A stretch of DNA of 64,000 bases from Patescibacteria group bacterium (GCA_013387205.1 WARV01000005.1:27924-91923), one strand, 5' to 3'. Shown: positions 45,647 to 54,511, numbered from the stretch's first letter. Numbers and translations are program-made. The notes: generated by a model from the letters alone, not told the origin.

Positions 45647-46291
45647 CTATAATAAGGCTCTGCCATCCGTACCTTTTGGAATGCGCGGAGCTTTTTTATT
45701 TAGTCCGTCCTGCTCTACTACAATAATATAGATTACACCATTTTTGTACGGGATACTTTGCCAGAGCGGCAGGTATGGCGCTATTTCCCTGAAGTTACCG
45801 ACCCGGTCAGTAAGATAGGGATAGAGATTTGTAGATGGTAAAACCAATACTCCACCGGCGAGTTCTTTATTTAAAACTCCTAAGCAGATTTTATTCAGTG
45901 CCCTGTGGCTGGATGATATATTGCCAGTTTCCCATTCAATAGCAAACAGACCGAAAGGTGTTTCCCGGACAGCATCAAGAGGGCCTGTACCGGCCACTCC
46001 GCGCGGACGCAGGCGCAATTCATCCTTCCAGCCCTTGGTTTTCAAATAAGTTATACAAGCTTCTTTGATAGGTTTGACGCCGTTTCCCTCACCACGGCCT
46101 TTGCCTTTTGAGTTAGGATTTAAGTAAAAACCAGCAGAACCGGGAGGCCAGGAAATTTTACTAATCGCAGCCTTTATCTCTTTTTCTATTTGAACCATTA
46201 TTAAAGAGCGCGGTAAAGGACCTTTTTTCAAAATATATTTTGTATCAACGATTTTCATATTTCTGGCTAAAGTATAAATTAATTGTATCAC
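45647..46291 (-). CDS. Putative type II restriction endonuclease (BamHI/BglII-like D...ExE signature)
   Basis: 214 aa. LDAVRETPFGLFAIEWETGN gives D ... E-W-E, as in BamHI-like catalytic cores. Convergent with the MTase gene. Confidence 0.4.
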   Translation of the reverse strand: MIQLIYTLARNMKIVDTKYILKKGPLPRSLIMVQIEKEIKAAISKISWPPGSAGFYLNPNSKGKGRGEGNGVKPIKEACITYLKTKGWKDELRLRPRGVAGTGPLDAVRETPFGLFAIEWETGNISSSHRALNKICLGVLNKELAGGVLVLPSTNLYPYLTDRVGNFREIAPYLPLWQSIPYKNGVIYIIVVEQDGLNKKAPRIPKGTDGRALL

Positions 46292-46390
46292 TAAATTTAC
46301 CAGCAGTCACTACCAAGCCCATCAAAGAAAATACGACGTTTTTCCTAGCTTTGCGGGGTCTGGACTTACTTTGGAATTAGCGTCATTCCT

Positions 46391-47731
46391 TTGCTTGTAG
46401 AGATTATTAACTTTTACAAGCATATGCAAGCAAACCAAGGGGTTTTGGCGGGCAGTGTTGAGTACTGCCTGTATGCTCGGAAAAGTACCGAGCAGGATGA
46501 GCGACAGGCTTTGTCCATTGATTCCCAGATCAAGGAAATGATGAGCCTGGCCGAGCGGGAGAACTTAACTATTAAGGAAATCAGGCGGGAGAGCCATTCA
46601 GCAAAAAACTCCGGCTGTAGGCCCGTATACAACGAGCTGATTTTAGATGTCCGAAGCGGCAAGTTTTCGGGCATCCTGACTTGGGCACCGGACAGGTTAA
46701 GTAGGAATGCAGGTGACTTGGGAGCCATTGTGGATTTAATGGATCAGGGTCACTTAAAGGAAATCAGAACCCACGGCCAAAGGTTTACCAATTCGCCGAA
46801 CGAAAAATTCTTGCTAATGATCCTTTGTAGCCAGGCTAAGCTGGAAAACGACAACCGGGGCATTAACGTCAAGCGTGGCCAAAAGACCAAAGTGGAAATG
46901 GGTATGCGGCCATGCATGGCACCACTGGGATACCTGCAAATCATGGACGGCCGAAGCAGAAGGAGCAAGACCATAGTAGATTCAGAAAGAGCGCCCATAA
47001 TCAAAGACATTTTTGAATACGTAGCCTACGGCCACGCCTCAGGCCGGGACATTCTAAAGTGGATTAACAACAACACCAATTTTAAAACCCGAAAAAATAA
47101 ACCCGTAGCTTTAAGCATGGTCTATAACATGCTGAGAAACCCATTCTACTACGGCGAGTTTGAATACCCCAAAAACAGCGGCAAATGGTATCATGGTTTG
47201 CACGAGCCGCTGATTACCAAAGAGCTGTTCGACAAAGCCCAAGAAAAGCTGGATCAGGCACCCACAGCCAAAAGTTGGAACGCCAAGGTGTTTGATTACA
47301 CCAAGCTATTCCAGTGCGGCGTGTGCGGCTCTGGGGTTACAGCGCAGGAAAAGTTCAAGAAAATCAAGGACGGCAGCATGAGGCGGTATGTCTACTATAA
47401 CTGCACGGGAGGATTAAACCGGGAGTGTAAACAGCCATATATTAGGGAAGAAGAGCTGCAAAGCCAGCTGCTGGAATTAATCGACCAGGTCAACCTTGAT
47501 CAGATGGGTATCCAACAAAAAGTCATCGAGGAAGTGGAACGGTACAAAAAGCTGCTGCATGGCGTATTCGGGCAAAAAGACCAGCTAATTAAAATGTACG
47601 AGGTAGACCCCAAAGCTTATGCCAAACACATTCTTAGAGAGGGAACCAAAGACGAAAAGCGGGAAATATTATCCTGCTTTAAGGACCAGATTTACCTTAA
47701 GGACAAAAAGATTTATCTAAGTAAAAAGTAG
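46391..47731 (+). CDS. Large serine recombinase (resolvase N-terminal domain + recombinase domain + zinc ribbon)
   Basis: 446 aa. N-terminal YARKSTEQDERQALSIDSQ (catalytic Ser region), DRLSRN motif, recombinase-domain segment YGHASGRDILKWIN, and C-terminal CGVCGS ... YYNC zinc ribbon. Confidence 0.85.
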   Translation: MLVEIINFYKHMQANQGVLAGSVEYCLYARKSTEQDERQALSIDSQIKEMMSLAERENLTIKEIRRESHSAKNSGCRPVYNELILDVRSGKFSGILTWAPDRLSRNAGDLGAIVDLMDQGHLKEIRTHGQRFTNSPNEKFLLMILCSQAKLENDNRGINVKRGQKTKVEMGMRPCMAPLGYLQIMDGRSRRSKTIVDSERAPIIKDIFEYVAYGHASGRDILKWINNNTNFKTRKNKPVALSMVYNMLRNPFYYGEFEYPKNSGKWYHGLHEPLITKELFDKAQEKLDQAPTAKSWNAKVFDYTKLFQCGVCGSGVTAQEKFKKIKDGSMRRYVYYNCTGGLNRECKQPYIREEELQSQLLELIDQVNLDQMGIQQKVIEEVERYKKLLHGVFGQKDQLIKMYEVDPKAYAKHILREGTKDEKREILSCFKDQIYLKDKKIYLSKK

Positions 47732-47739
47732 CTCCTAAA

Positions 47740-48759
47740 TTAAGCCTCAAGAAGTTTTGCCCGAATTTCATTTAAATGGACCGATCCGGACTGATCGGGC
47801 GGAAATATTTCTCTTAACGAATACGGAAAATATCCGCTAATGGCTGGCCAGAGGCGGTATGAATCAATAATAAAATTCCCGGCTTCAAATTTGTCCGGCG
47901 CTGTAGTTGTCAAAATATATAATTTTAGACCGTGATTTTTGGCCGCATCCCAGATAATTTTATTGACATGCTTATCGTGAAATCCGTAACCGATGACCAG
48001 CAATTTTTTATTGCCTTCCTTGAGGACAGCCTTAAATAATTCCAGATAATACTTCAGTAAGGGCTCGTTGTTTATTTCTTGTTCCTTGTTGACCCCAATA
48101 ATCATTTGGCTGCCGCCGTGCGCCGACCTCCAGCCGAACGAGCCATGCAGTTTTATGTAATGTAGGGTGTTAGTATTTTGAATAATTTCTTTTTCAGCCA
48201 AATCAGCGGCATTTTCGCCCGGCAAGGTAACGGAGTAAGTTGGCAAAAATTCCCTTTGTGATAGAGTAGTAAACTCCTGAGGGAATCTCGGCGCACCCGG
48301 GGACATAAAATTGTTTCTTCTTTCCATAAAGATATCCTGATTTAAGGTGAAAAAGAAACCTCTCTCTGAGGGAGTACCTACAAACAGATTCAAAAGCTCG
48401 CCAAGCTTATAAGTGTCTAAGGAGGTCGGATTATCGTCGTTCATCTGCCATGTCCGTATGGAATCGTCGAGTTGTTTGTAAACTTGTTCCATCACTGACT
48501 GCAAAACTTGCTTCTCTTCTTCAGTAAAAGCCGGGGTAGGCAGGCTGGTATTACCATCGCTATCAATTCCATGCACGACTTTGGAATAAACAGACTCGAA
48601 ATCATAATCCATGCTAAGCAGATTTTTGATACGTTCTTGCCGACTAATCTGAGCATGGTTAAAAATCTTTGACCACATTTCGCGGGCAAGAAAACCATTG
48701 AAGTTTTTGGTAAATCCAGCTCCAGTCAGTAAAACAAGGCGTTTTGAGGCAATAGGCAT
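47740..48759 (-). CDS. SIR2_2-family (Sir2-like NADase-type) protein, standalone
   Basis: 339 aa. LLTGAGFTKNFNG (Rossmann GAGxS), FTLNQD (TxNYD-like), IKLHGS (catalytic His) and LLVIGYGFHDKHVN. Confidence 0.7.
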   Translation of the reverse strand: MPIASKRLVLLTGAGFTKNFNGFLAREMWSKIFNHAQISRQERIKNLLSMDYDFESVYSKVVHGIDSDGNTSLPTPAFTEEEKQVLQSVMEQVYKQLDDSIRTWQMNDDNPTSLDTYKLGELLNLFVGTPSERGFFFTLNQDIFMERRNNFMSPGAPRFPQEFTTLSQREFLPTYSVTLPGENAADLAEKEIIQNTNTLHYIKLHGSFGWRSAHGGSQMIIGVNKEQEINNEPLLKYYLELFKAVLKEGNKKLLVIGYGFHDKHVNKIIWDAAKNHGLKLYILTTTAPDKFEAGNFIIDSYRLWPAISGYFPYSLREIFPPDQSGSVHLNEIRAKLLEA

Positions 48760-48770
48760 GCGGGATAAAT

Positions 48771-48920
48771 TTAGTGTTCAATATTCCTTTCCTCTTCTGG
48801 CGACATCAGCAAACCTCCACCGCACACCGAACAGTCAGCAATATCAATAGTGACCTCTCGCCATTGCTGGCAATCCGAACAAAACCTTTTTACCACTAGT
48901 TCTCCGTTTTTAAATCTCAT
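48771..48920 (-). CDS. Small zinc-ribbon protein (49 aa) upstream of the SIR2-like gene, below the ORF-track cutoff
   Basis: MRFKNGELVVKRFCSDCQQWREVTIDIADCSVCGGGLLMSPEEERNIEH (CxxC ... CxxC). Stop lies 11 nt before the SIR2 start. An extended -10 (TGGTAAAAT) sits 6 nt upstream of the ATG, suggesting a leaderless transcript. Confidence 0.3.
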   Translation of the reverse strand: MRFKNGELVVKRFCSDCQQWREVTIDIADCSVCGGGLLMSPEEERNIEH

Positions 48921-49034
48921 AATAGTATTTTACCACTATATGAGATAAGGGGGAATTCGCGCCACGTAAGTATCGAACCAAAAATTATACAGCCTTTACC
49001 GCAGTTCTAGACCGGAAAGCATCAAGGACAAATT

Positions 49035-49067
49035 TAAAAACCATGGGGACAAAATTTCCATGGTTTT
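49035..49067. terminator. Bidirectional terminator-like palindrome
   Basis: aaaaaccatggggacaaaatttccatggttttt is a 10-bp stem with an A-run on one side and a T-run on the other. Confidence 0.5.
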
Positions 49068-49136
49068 TAAATCTTTGGACTGTTAATACAATAGTTTTGT
49101 TGGAAGACACTACGGTCTTCCAGAACCAAGTATTAG

Positions 49137-49211
49137 TGGCTGGGGTGGAAGGATTCGAACCTTCGAATGGCGCCTCCAAAGGGCGCTGCCTTACCACTTG
49201 GCGACACCCCA
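49137..49211 (-). tRNA. tRNA-Gln (anticodon UUG)
   Basis: 75 nt: UGGGGUG acceptor with U1:A72, D-arm GCCAAGUGGUAAGGC, anticodon stem GCGCC/GGCGC with loop CUUUGGA, T-arm GAAGGUUCGAAUCCUUC, discriminator G, encoded CCA. Confidence 0.8.
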
Positions 49212-49348
49212 AAAAGACAGCTAACATATTATAAAATATTTAGGGAAAAAAGAAAAGACCTCGTTATGGTTTGTGTATGAGTATTGCTCAAAATATTAGT
49301 AGGTATTAAAATAGCTTTAAGAACATTTTTAAACAAATCATTAAATTT

Positions 49349-50014
49349 ATGGAATTAAAAGACAAAATTGTGGTTATAACCGGCGGCACCAAAGGATTAG
49401 GAAAAGCTTTGGCTTTGGAGTTTGAACAATCAGGAGCTAAGGTTATTGTTAGTTCGCGACAAGGAAATGATACAGAAAATTATATTAAAGCTGATGTTAG
49501 AAATGAAAACGAAGTCCAAAGCTTGGCTAAAACAGTTATTGATAAATACGGGCGAATTGATATATGGATAAATAATGCCGGTATTTGGTTGCCTCATGCT
49601 CCAGTGGAAGAAATTGATATGAAGCGGGTGCATGATATGGTTGAGGTAAATCTATTCGGCACCATGTATGGCGCAAAAGCAGCTATTATTCAAATGCGAA
49701 AACAGAATTTTGGAACCATAATTAATATTCTTTCTACCAGTGCTTTAGAAGGAAGGGCAGGTATCTCTGGTTATGGCGCCAGCAAGTTTGCGGCAATGGG
49801 TTTTACCCAGGCCATCAGGAAAGAAGTGGAGGAAGCTGGTATTAAAGTCGTTAGTATTTATCCGGGCGGTATGCAAACTAATTTTTTTGATGAAAAGCAG
49901 CCGGCAAATTATCAAAAATATATGGACCCTCAAGAAGTGGCCAGTAAAATAGTCCAAAACCTACAAAAAGATATACCGGAAGAAGAGTTGATTATAAAGC
50001 GCCCGACCGCTTAA
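49349..50014 (+). CDS. Short-chain dehydrogenase/reductase (SDR)
   Basis: 221 aa. TGGTKGLGKA cofactor motif, NNAG and YGASKFA (YxxxK catalytic). Confidence 0.85.
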   Translation: MELKDKIVVITGGTKGLGKALALEFEQSGAKVIVSSRQGNDTENYIKADVRNENEVQSLAKTVIDKYGRIDIWINNAGIWLPHAPVEEIDMKRVHDMVEVNLFGTMYGAKAAIIQMRKQNFGTIINILSTSALEGRAGISGYGASKFAAMGFTQAIRKEVEEAGIKVVSIYPGGMQTNFFDEKQPANYQKYMDPQEVASKIVQNLQKDIPEEELIIKRPTA

Positions 50015-50157
50015 TAGAGATACAAGTTATCTTTTTAAATATAAAAAAAGACTGACAGGGGTTTTGCGTCTGATGTATTATATAAACAGCAATTGTTTTG
50101 ATGGTGACCATCCCGATGGTCACCATCAAGGTTGATAAAATTTAATCAATACGATAT

Positions 50158-50529
50158 ATGAGCGAACATTATAAGGAAACAAGGCCGTGGGGGAATTTTG
50201 AAATATTAAGCGAGTTTGAGGTTAAGGATGAAAAAGGCCAAGATGTCACAGTAAAAAAAATAACGGTTAACCCCAAATCCCGCCTGTCATACCAATCCCA
50301 CAAATTCCGAGATGAACATTGGACCATTGTCCAGGGCCAAGGCAGCGTGATATTGAACGATGTTGAAAAAAGCGTGAAGGCAGGGGATACGGTAGAAATT
50401 TTAAAGACCACCAAGCACAGGGTGGTAAACAATGATGAAAATCAAGTTTTGGTTTTTATAGAAGTTTCCACCGGGCATTTTGACGAGAATGACAACACCC
50501 GCTACGAAGACGATTACGGCCGAGTATAA
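50158..50529 (+). CDS. Cupin-domain protein (mannose-6-phosphate isomerase type II C-terminal-like)
   Basis: 123 aa. Beta-barrel metal-site motifs (SYQSHKFRDEHWTIVQGQG ... GDTVEI ... KHRV). Confidence 0.65.
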   Translation: MSEHYKETRPWGNFEILSEFEVKDEKGQDVTVKKITVNPKSRLSYQSHKFRDEHWTIVQGQGSVILNDVEKSVKAGDTVEILKTTKHRVVNNDENQVLVFIEVSTGHFDENDNTRYEDDYGRV

Positions 50530-50534
50530 AAGGT

Positions 50535-50648
50535 TGTGTCATCGCGAGTGCAGCCGAAGCGATCTTTCGCTGCCTGTTAGATTGCTTCGCTCCTTTCAGT
50601 CGCTCGCAATGACATCAGTCTTGTGGTCAAAGAGCACCTTTGACCAAA
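50535..50648. repeat. GTCATTGCGAG-family palindromic unit
   Basis: gtgtcatcgcgagtgcagccgaagcgatctttcgctgcctgttagattgcttcgctcctttcagtcgctcgcaatgacatcagtcttgtggtcaaagagcacctttgaccaaa. Its tail ctcgcaatgacat..ggtcaaagag..ctttg recurs at 57930-57960. Confidence 0.5.
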
Positions 50649-50692
50649 AGAACGGCTAAAACACTTATTTATTACGTTTTGCCGTTCTTTTG
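50646..50692 (+). terminator. Terminator-like hairpin after the cupin gene
   Basis: aaaagaacggc ... gccgttctttt forms an 11-bp stem. Confidence 0.5.
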
Positions 50693-50877
50693 TACCACCT
50701 CCCCCTCGCTTCGCTCGGGTACTCCTCCTATATTAGGAGGAGAGACTACTGCAGTTCTCCCTGCAAAGGGAAGGCGGCCCGCGAAGCGAGACGGAAGGGT
50801 ATTTATACCACCTGGTAGGAGGAGAGAAAACTGCGGGATGGTTGATTCAAACCAATAACATTGGTATAATTTTATGC

Positions 50878-51507
50878 ATGAATCAAGAAAAAAATGTTCC
50901 TGCTCTTGGAGCAATTGCTGCTTCTTTATACGTTTCTTTCCAGCTTATTGCCAATGTGCTGTCTACTAAAATCGCGCTGCTGCCCTGGCTTAACTGGTCC
51001 ATAGATGGCGGCACTGTTATCTACCCCCTAACTTTTACATTAAGGGATTTCGTACACAAAACTTTAGGCAAAAAAAGCGCCAGGCAAATTGTGGTATTAG
51101 CCGCAGCCATCAACCTGGCTATGGCTTTACTGTTTATCCTTATTGGCAAAGTAAAACCCGACCCGACCTGGCAGTACCAGGTCGCATACGAAAAAATCCT
51201 CCTTCCGGTATGGAGGATAACTTTGGGCAGCATTATCGCCCAGGTTATTTCTGAGCTTTTGGATACCGAAATTTTCAGCGTAGCTTACAGGAAAATGGAT
51301 GACGTGGCGGCGGTATTGTTTTCCAATTCGGTTTCCCTTGTTGCGGACAGCTTTATTTTTGCGATAATAGCTTTTGCTTTTTTCCTGCCATGGATTACGG
51401 TTTGGCAGATAATTTTTACCAACATTATCGTGAAAACGGCAATGAGCCTGCTTTCTGCGCCAAGTATTAAGCTTGTGCCCAGGACTGTGGAGTTTGAGCA
51501 GATATAA
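50878..51507 (+). CDS. Queuosine-precursor transporter YhhQ family (DUF165)
   Basis: Start set at MNQEKN. GGTVIYPLTFTLRDFV matches the YhhQ signature. Six TM helices. An extended -10 TGGTATAAT at 50861-50869 ends 8 nt before the ATG, suggesting a leaderless transcript. Confidence 0.75.
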   Translation: MNQEKNVPALGAIAASLYVSFQLIANVLSTKIALLPWLNWSIDGGTVIYPLTFTLRDFVHKTLGKKSARQIVVLAAAINLAMALLFILIGKVKPDPTWQYQVAYEKILLPVWRITLGSIIAQVISELLDTEIFSVAYRKMDDVAAVLFSNSVSLVADSFIFAIIAFAFFLPWITVWQIIFTNIIVKTAMSLLSAPSIKLVPRTVEFEQI

Positions 51508-51587
51508 TCTGCAAGATATAATCCCTCAAGACGTTATAAGAAGTAGTCTCAAAATCACGTTTTGAGATAGCTGCTAATTATAAGATT

Positions 51588-52262
51588 ATGAGTTCTGCAG
51601 ATTTAATACAACAAGGAATTGATTTGCGCGAAAGAGGCCAGCTTCCCCAGGCTTTGAAAATTCTGGGGCAGGCCGTGAATGCGGCTGCCAAAGAAAAAGA
51701 TTTCATCAGGATGATAACCGCCCTTGGGGAAAGAGGCCTGGTTTGGAAGCATTTTCATCTTGAAACCAAGGATCGCGCGTTTTTGGTGCTGGCCAGGAAA
51801 GACATTGAAGCAATGCAGCTGATAAGCGAATTGAAATCGGTTGACATTAAGCGCCACACCATAAGTTTTTTACTGGGCCAGACGGACATGCTGCTGGGTG
51901 ATTTTAAAAACGCGATTATAAATTTTCGGAAAGCCCTAAGGATTTTTAAAGGATTATCATCTGAAAAAGGGGATTGGAGATACCATTTGGGCGAAGCTTA
52001 TTACAAAGCGGGAGACAAGGAAAAAGGCAAAAAAACTATTTTTGAAGGGATCGAAGAAATAAAGAAAGGCTCCGAAGAAGCGCCTAAGTTTTTATGCAAC
52101 GTTTGGCTTTCCGGAGCCTTTATGAGATTGGCTGATTTGTTGAGGCTGGATGAACCAAAAGAAGCAAAAAAATATTTAGGGCAGGCGGAAGACATAATAG
52201 ATAAAACAAAAGGATTGGTTATGAGAAGAAGGCAGCTTCAAAGGCTAAAAAGGAAATTTTAA
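51588..52262 (+). CDS. Tetratricopeptide-repeat protein
   Basis: 224 aa with TPR-like helical repeats (e.g. LGEAYYKAGDKEKGKK, ALRIFKGL). Confidence 0.6.
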   Translation: MSSADLIQQGIDLRERGQLPQALKILGQAVNAAAKEKDFIRMITALGERGLVWKHFHLETKDRAFLVLARKDIEAMQLISELKSVDIKRHTISFLLGQTDMLLGDFKNAIINFRKALRIFKGLSSEKGDWRYHLGEAYYKAGDKEKGKKTIFEGIEEIKKGSEEAPKFLCNVWLSGAFMRLADLLRLDEPKEAKKYLGQAEDIIDKTKGLVMRRRQLQRLKRKF

Positions 52263-52400
52263 ATACTCTACTAAATACTAAAAGGTACTAAATATACTAA
52301 AATATCAATACGTGTTTAATTGATATCAATGCCGGTATATGATTTAGTATCTTTAGTATTATTTAGTATTTAGTAGAGGGATAGTATTTAGTAGAGTATT
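52262..52400. repeat. Word-palindrome array (tactaaa/tttagta), inverted copy of the 4085-4215 element
   Basis: The left arm ctctactaaatactaaaaggtactaaatatactaaa is the reverse complement of 4160-4215. The right arm again carries tttagta words (gatttagtatctttagtattatttagtatttagtagag). Confidence 0.5.
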
Positions 52401-53317
52401 TATATCTCGAAATGCGTCAGTTGTTTAAATTGCGAAAACCTATTAGCAATTTCTTCCTGGCTGATTTCTTCCAAAGCCTTAGCGCCCATCTGCTCTACGC
52501 AAAAAGAAGCCATTATTGAGCCTGCTACAGAGGCTCTTTTTAAATTCTCCCAGGAATGATCGCCGGTTTTCGCTAAAAATCCCATAAACCCTCCGGCAAA
52601 GGAGTCGCCTGCGCCGGTTGGATCGAAAACGTTTTCTAAAGGAAAAGCCGGAAGATGGAAAGTCTTGCCGCCTTTAAAAAGGAATAGTCCAAATTCACCC
52701 TGCTTGATAATTAAAGCAGGATCTTTTTTTTCATCCATCATCCCCAAAATTTTATTAGCAGCCTTAAAGAGATTGTATTCTTGGGACAGCTCCCGGCATT
52801 CAGAGTCATTGATGATAAAAATATTTACCCGCTTTAAGACTTCCAAAAGCTCTTGACGGCTGTTTTCTATCCAAAGGTTCATGGAATCCAGGCCGACAAA
52901 TTTTGCGCCTTGTGCCTGCTGTAAAACTTTATTTTGCAAAGCCGGGTGGATATTGCCCAAAAACAGGTACTGACAAGTTTTAAAATTATCCGGCAAGACA
53001 GGGTTAAAATTTTCAAAGACATTCAATTCAGTAAAAAGCGTTTCGCGGTTGTTCAAATCAAAACCGTATTTGCCGCCCCAGCGGAATGTTTTACCTTCCG
53101 TCTTTTTTATTGCAGATACGTCTACGCCTTTTTGTTCTAACATGGAAAGATGGGAATCCTTAAAGTCTTCACCAACCACAGCTAAAATTTTTGGCTTGGT
53201 AAAATAGCTGGCTGCCAAAGAAAAATACGTGCCGCTGCCGCCGAGCGCATCATCAACTTTGCCAAAAGGCGTTTCAATTGTGTCGTATGCCACTGACCCG
53301 ATAATTAAAATGTCCAT
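52400..53317 (-). CDS. PfkB-family carbohydrate/nucleoside kinase (ribokinase-like)
   Basis: 305 aa. C-terminal DPTGAGDSFAGGF signature, plus N-terminal GG motif region. Confidence 0.85.
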   Translation of the reverse strand: MDILIIGSVAYDTIETPFGKVDDALGGSGTYFSLAASYFTKPKILAVVGEDFKDSHLSMLEQKGVDVSAIKKTEGKTFRWGGKYGFDLNNRETLFTELNVFENFNPVLPDNFKTCQYLFLGNIHPALQNKVLQQAQGAKFVGLDSMNLWIENSRQELLEVLKRVNIFIINDSECRELSQEYNLFKAANKILGMMDEKKDPALIIKQGEFGLFLFKGGKTFHLPAFPLENVFDPTGAGDSFAGGFMGFLAKTGDHSWENLKRASVAGSIMASFCVEQMGAKALEEISQEEIANRFSQFKQLTHFEI

Positions 53318-53524
53318 ACAACGATTATAGCATTTTTATAAGTTAACAGATATGGTTAAGGGTTGCGATTGGCTAAGGATTACGGATCTGTATATCCGTA
53401 ATAGATCAGTAATCTCTAACCCTATTATTGGTAATATAGTTTTTTACGTGATAAAATTTATATAGATGCCAATTAGCCTGTGGATAACCTAAAATAGGCT
53501 TAAATTTAAGGTTTTATATATTCC

Positions 53525-54136
53525 ATGGCAAAATCTATAACTTTAAACATTGCGATTTTCCCGCCCGAGACAGTCAGCCGCAAGGCTATGCTTTTAAGCA
53601 GGCAGTTAAAACAGCATAGCGGCATGTTTATATTGGACGGCAAAAATTTCCATCCGCACGTGACGATTTATTTGGCGGAATTCCCCAAAAAGAATTTGAA
53701 AAAAATCCAGCTTGCCGTAAAAAAGATCGCAGCAGGCTGTAAGACTTTTTTATTAAAATCGACAGAATACAGCCAGAATGCAAACCTATATATTGCCGTT
53801 GGCTTTAAAAATAGCAAAGAAATTTATGGCTTGCATAAAAAAATTGTCACTGATTTGAATCCTTTAAGGGAAGGCTTGCTCAGGCAAAAAGACATAAACA
53901 GGTTAAAAGAGTTCAGCAAGGAGGCACAGAAAAATCTTACGGAATACGGATATAACAACGCCCTAAAAAAATATTTCCCTCACTTAACTTTTTCCAAACT
54001 GGCGGATGATAATAAGGAAGCCATAAAACGCCTGCCAAAAATGGATTTTTCCTTCTTGGCTGAAAAAATCGTAATTTTCCAGTCCGGTGATCATCAAAAA
54101 ATCCTGGCGGAGCTCAATTTTTCTAAGAAAAAATAA
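53525..54136 (+). CDS. 2H phosphoesterase superfamily protein (LigT/2'-5' RNA ligase-like)
   Basis: 203 aa with two HxT/S motifs (HPHVTI and FPHLTF) ~100 aa apart. Confidence 0.65.
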   Translation: MAKSITLNIAIFPPETVSRKAMLLSRQLKQHSGMFILDGKNFHPHVTIYLAEFPKKNLKKIQLAVKKIAAGCKTFLLKSTEYSQNANLYIAVGFKNSKEIYGLHKKIVTDLNPLREGLLRQKDINRLKEFSKEAQKNLTEYGYNNALKKYFPHLTFSKLADDNKEAIKRLPKMDFSFLAEKIVIFQSGDHQKILAELNFSKKK

Positions 54137-54326
54137 GCCACTTTACAAGATAGTGTTATTTATATATCATTTGCATATGAACCAGCAATCTTTTGTAAAA
54201 TCTATCACAATGTGGATGCCCCTTTCTACCAAGGGCTGGTTTTAACTGCATTAATTTGCAATAACAACTGCCAAGCCCTTTTGAGAGGGTTTTTATTTTA
54301 TCGAAACAGATAAGGAGGATGTTGTC

Positions 54327-54500
54327 ATGGTTATCGCAACGACGGAAAATAAAGGAACTTGCCCGAAATGCAAGAAGGAGGTCAATTTCCTGGTCAACGA
54401 CAGCACTAACACGGGACCGGTGGTCTACGAATGCCGTGAATGCAGAGAGGTAATTGAGGCTAATAACCTCGAGGAATTACAGGAAAAATTGGCTGCATGA
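54327..54500 (+). CDS. Small zinc-ribbon protein (57 aa), below the ORF-track cutoff
   Basis: MVIATTENKGTCPKCKKEVNFLVNDSTNTGPVVYECRECREVIEANNLEELQEKLAA. Preceded by an SD (aaggagg) 7 nt upstream and followed directly by a strong terminator. Confidence 0.5.
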   Translation: MVIATTENKGTCPKCKKEVNFLVNDSTNTGPVVYECRECREVIEANNLEELQEKLAA

Positions 54501-54511
54501 TCGGCCGTACA

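Larger units (their letters stand above)
37600..49136. mobile_element. Phage-like integrated element / decayed prophage with defence-type cargo, adjacent to tRNA-Gln
   Basis: Contiguous block holding ParB-MTase, a second MTase, TerS-like and TerL genes, a UDG-superfamily gene, a HEPN-like gene, an MTase plus putative REase, a large serine recombinase and a SIR2-like gene. It ends at the 3' end of tRNA-Gln (49137). There are no capsid, portal or tail genes. The left boundary is approximate. Confidence 0.45.

Noticed and set aside
48985-49234. Track ORFs 48985-49227 (-) and 49043-49234 (+)
   Set aside because: They overlap tRNA-Gln and terminator palindromes, so they are not protein-coding.
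50693-50877. preQ1 riboswitch upstream of the YhhQ-family transporter
   Set aside because: No match to the preQ1-I hairpin plus A-rich tail consensus was visible by eye. A strong extended -10 lies downstream of the structured block, placing it outside the likely transcript. It is kept only as a low-confidence finding.
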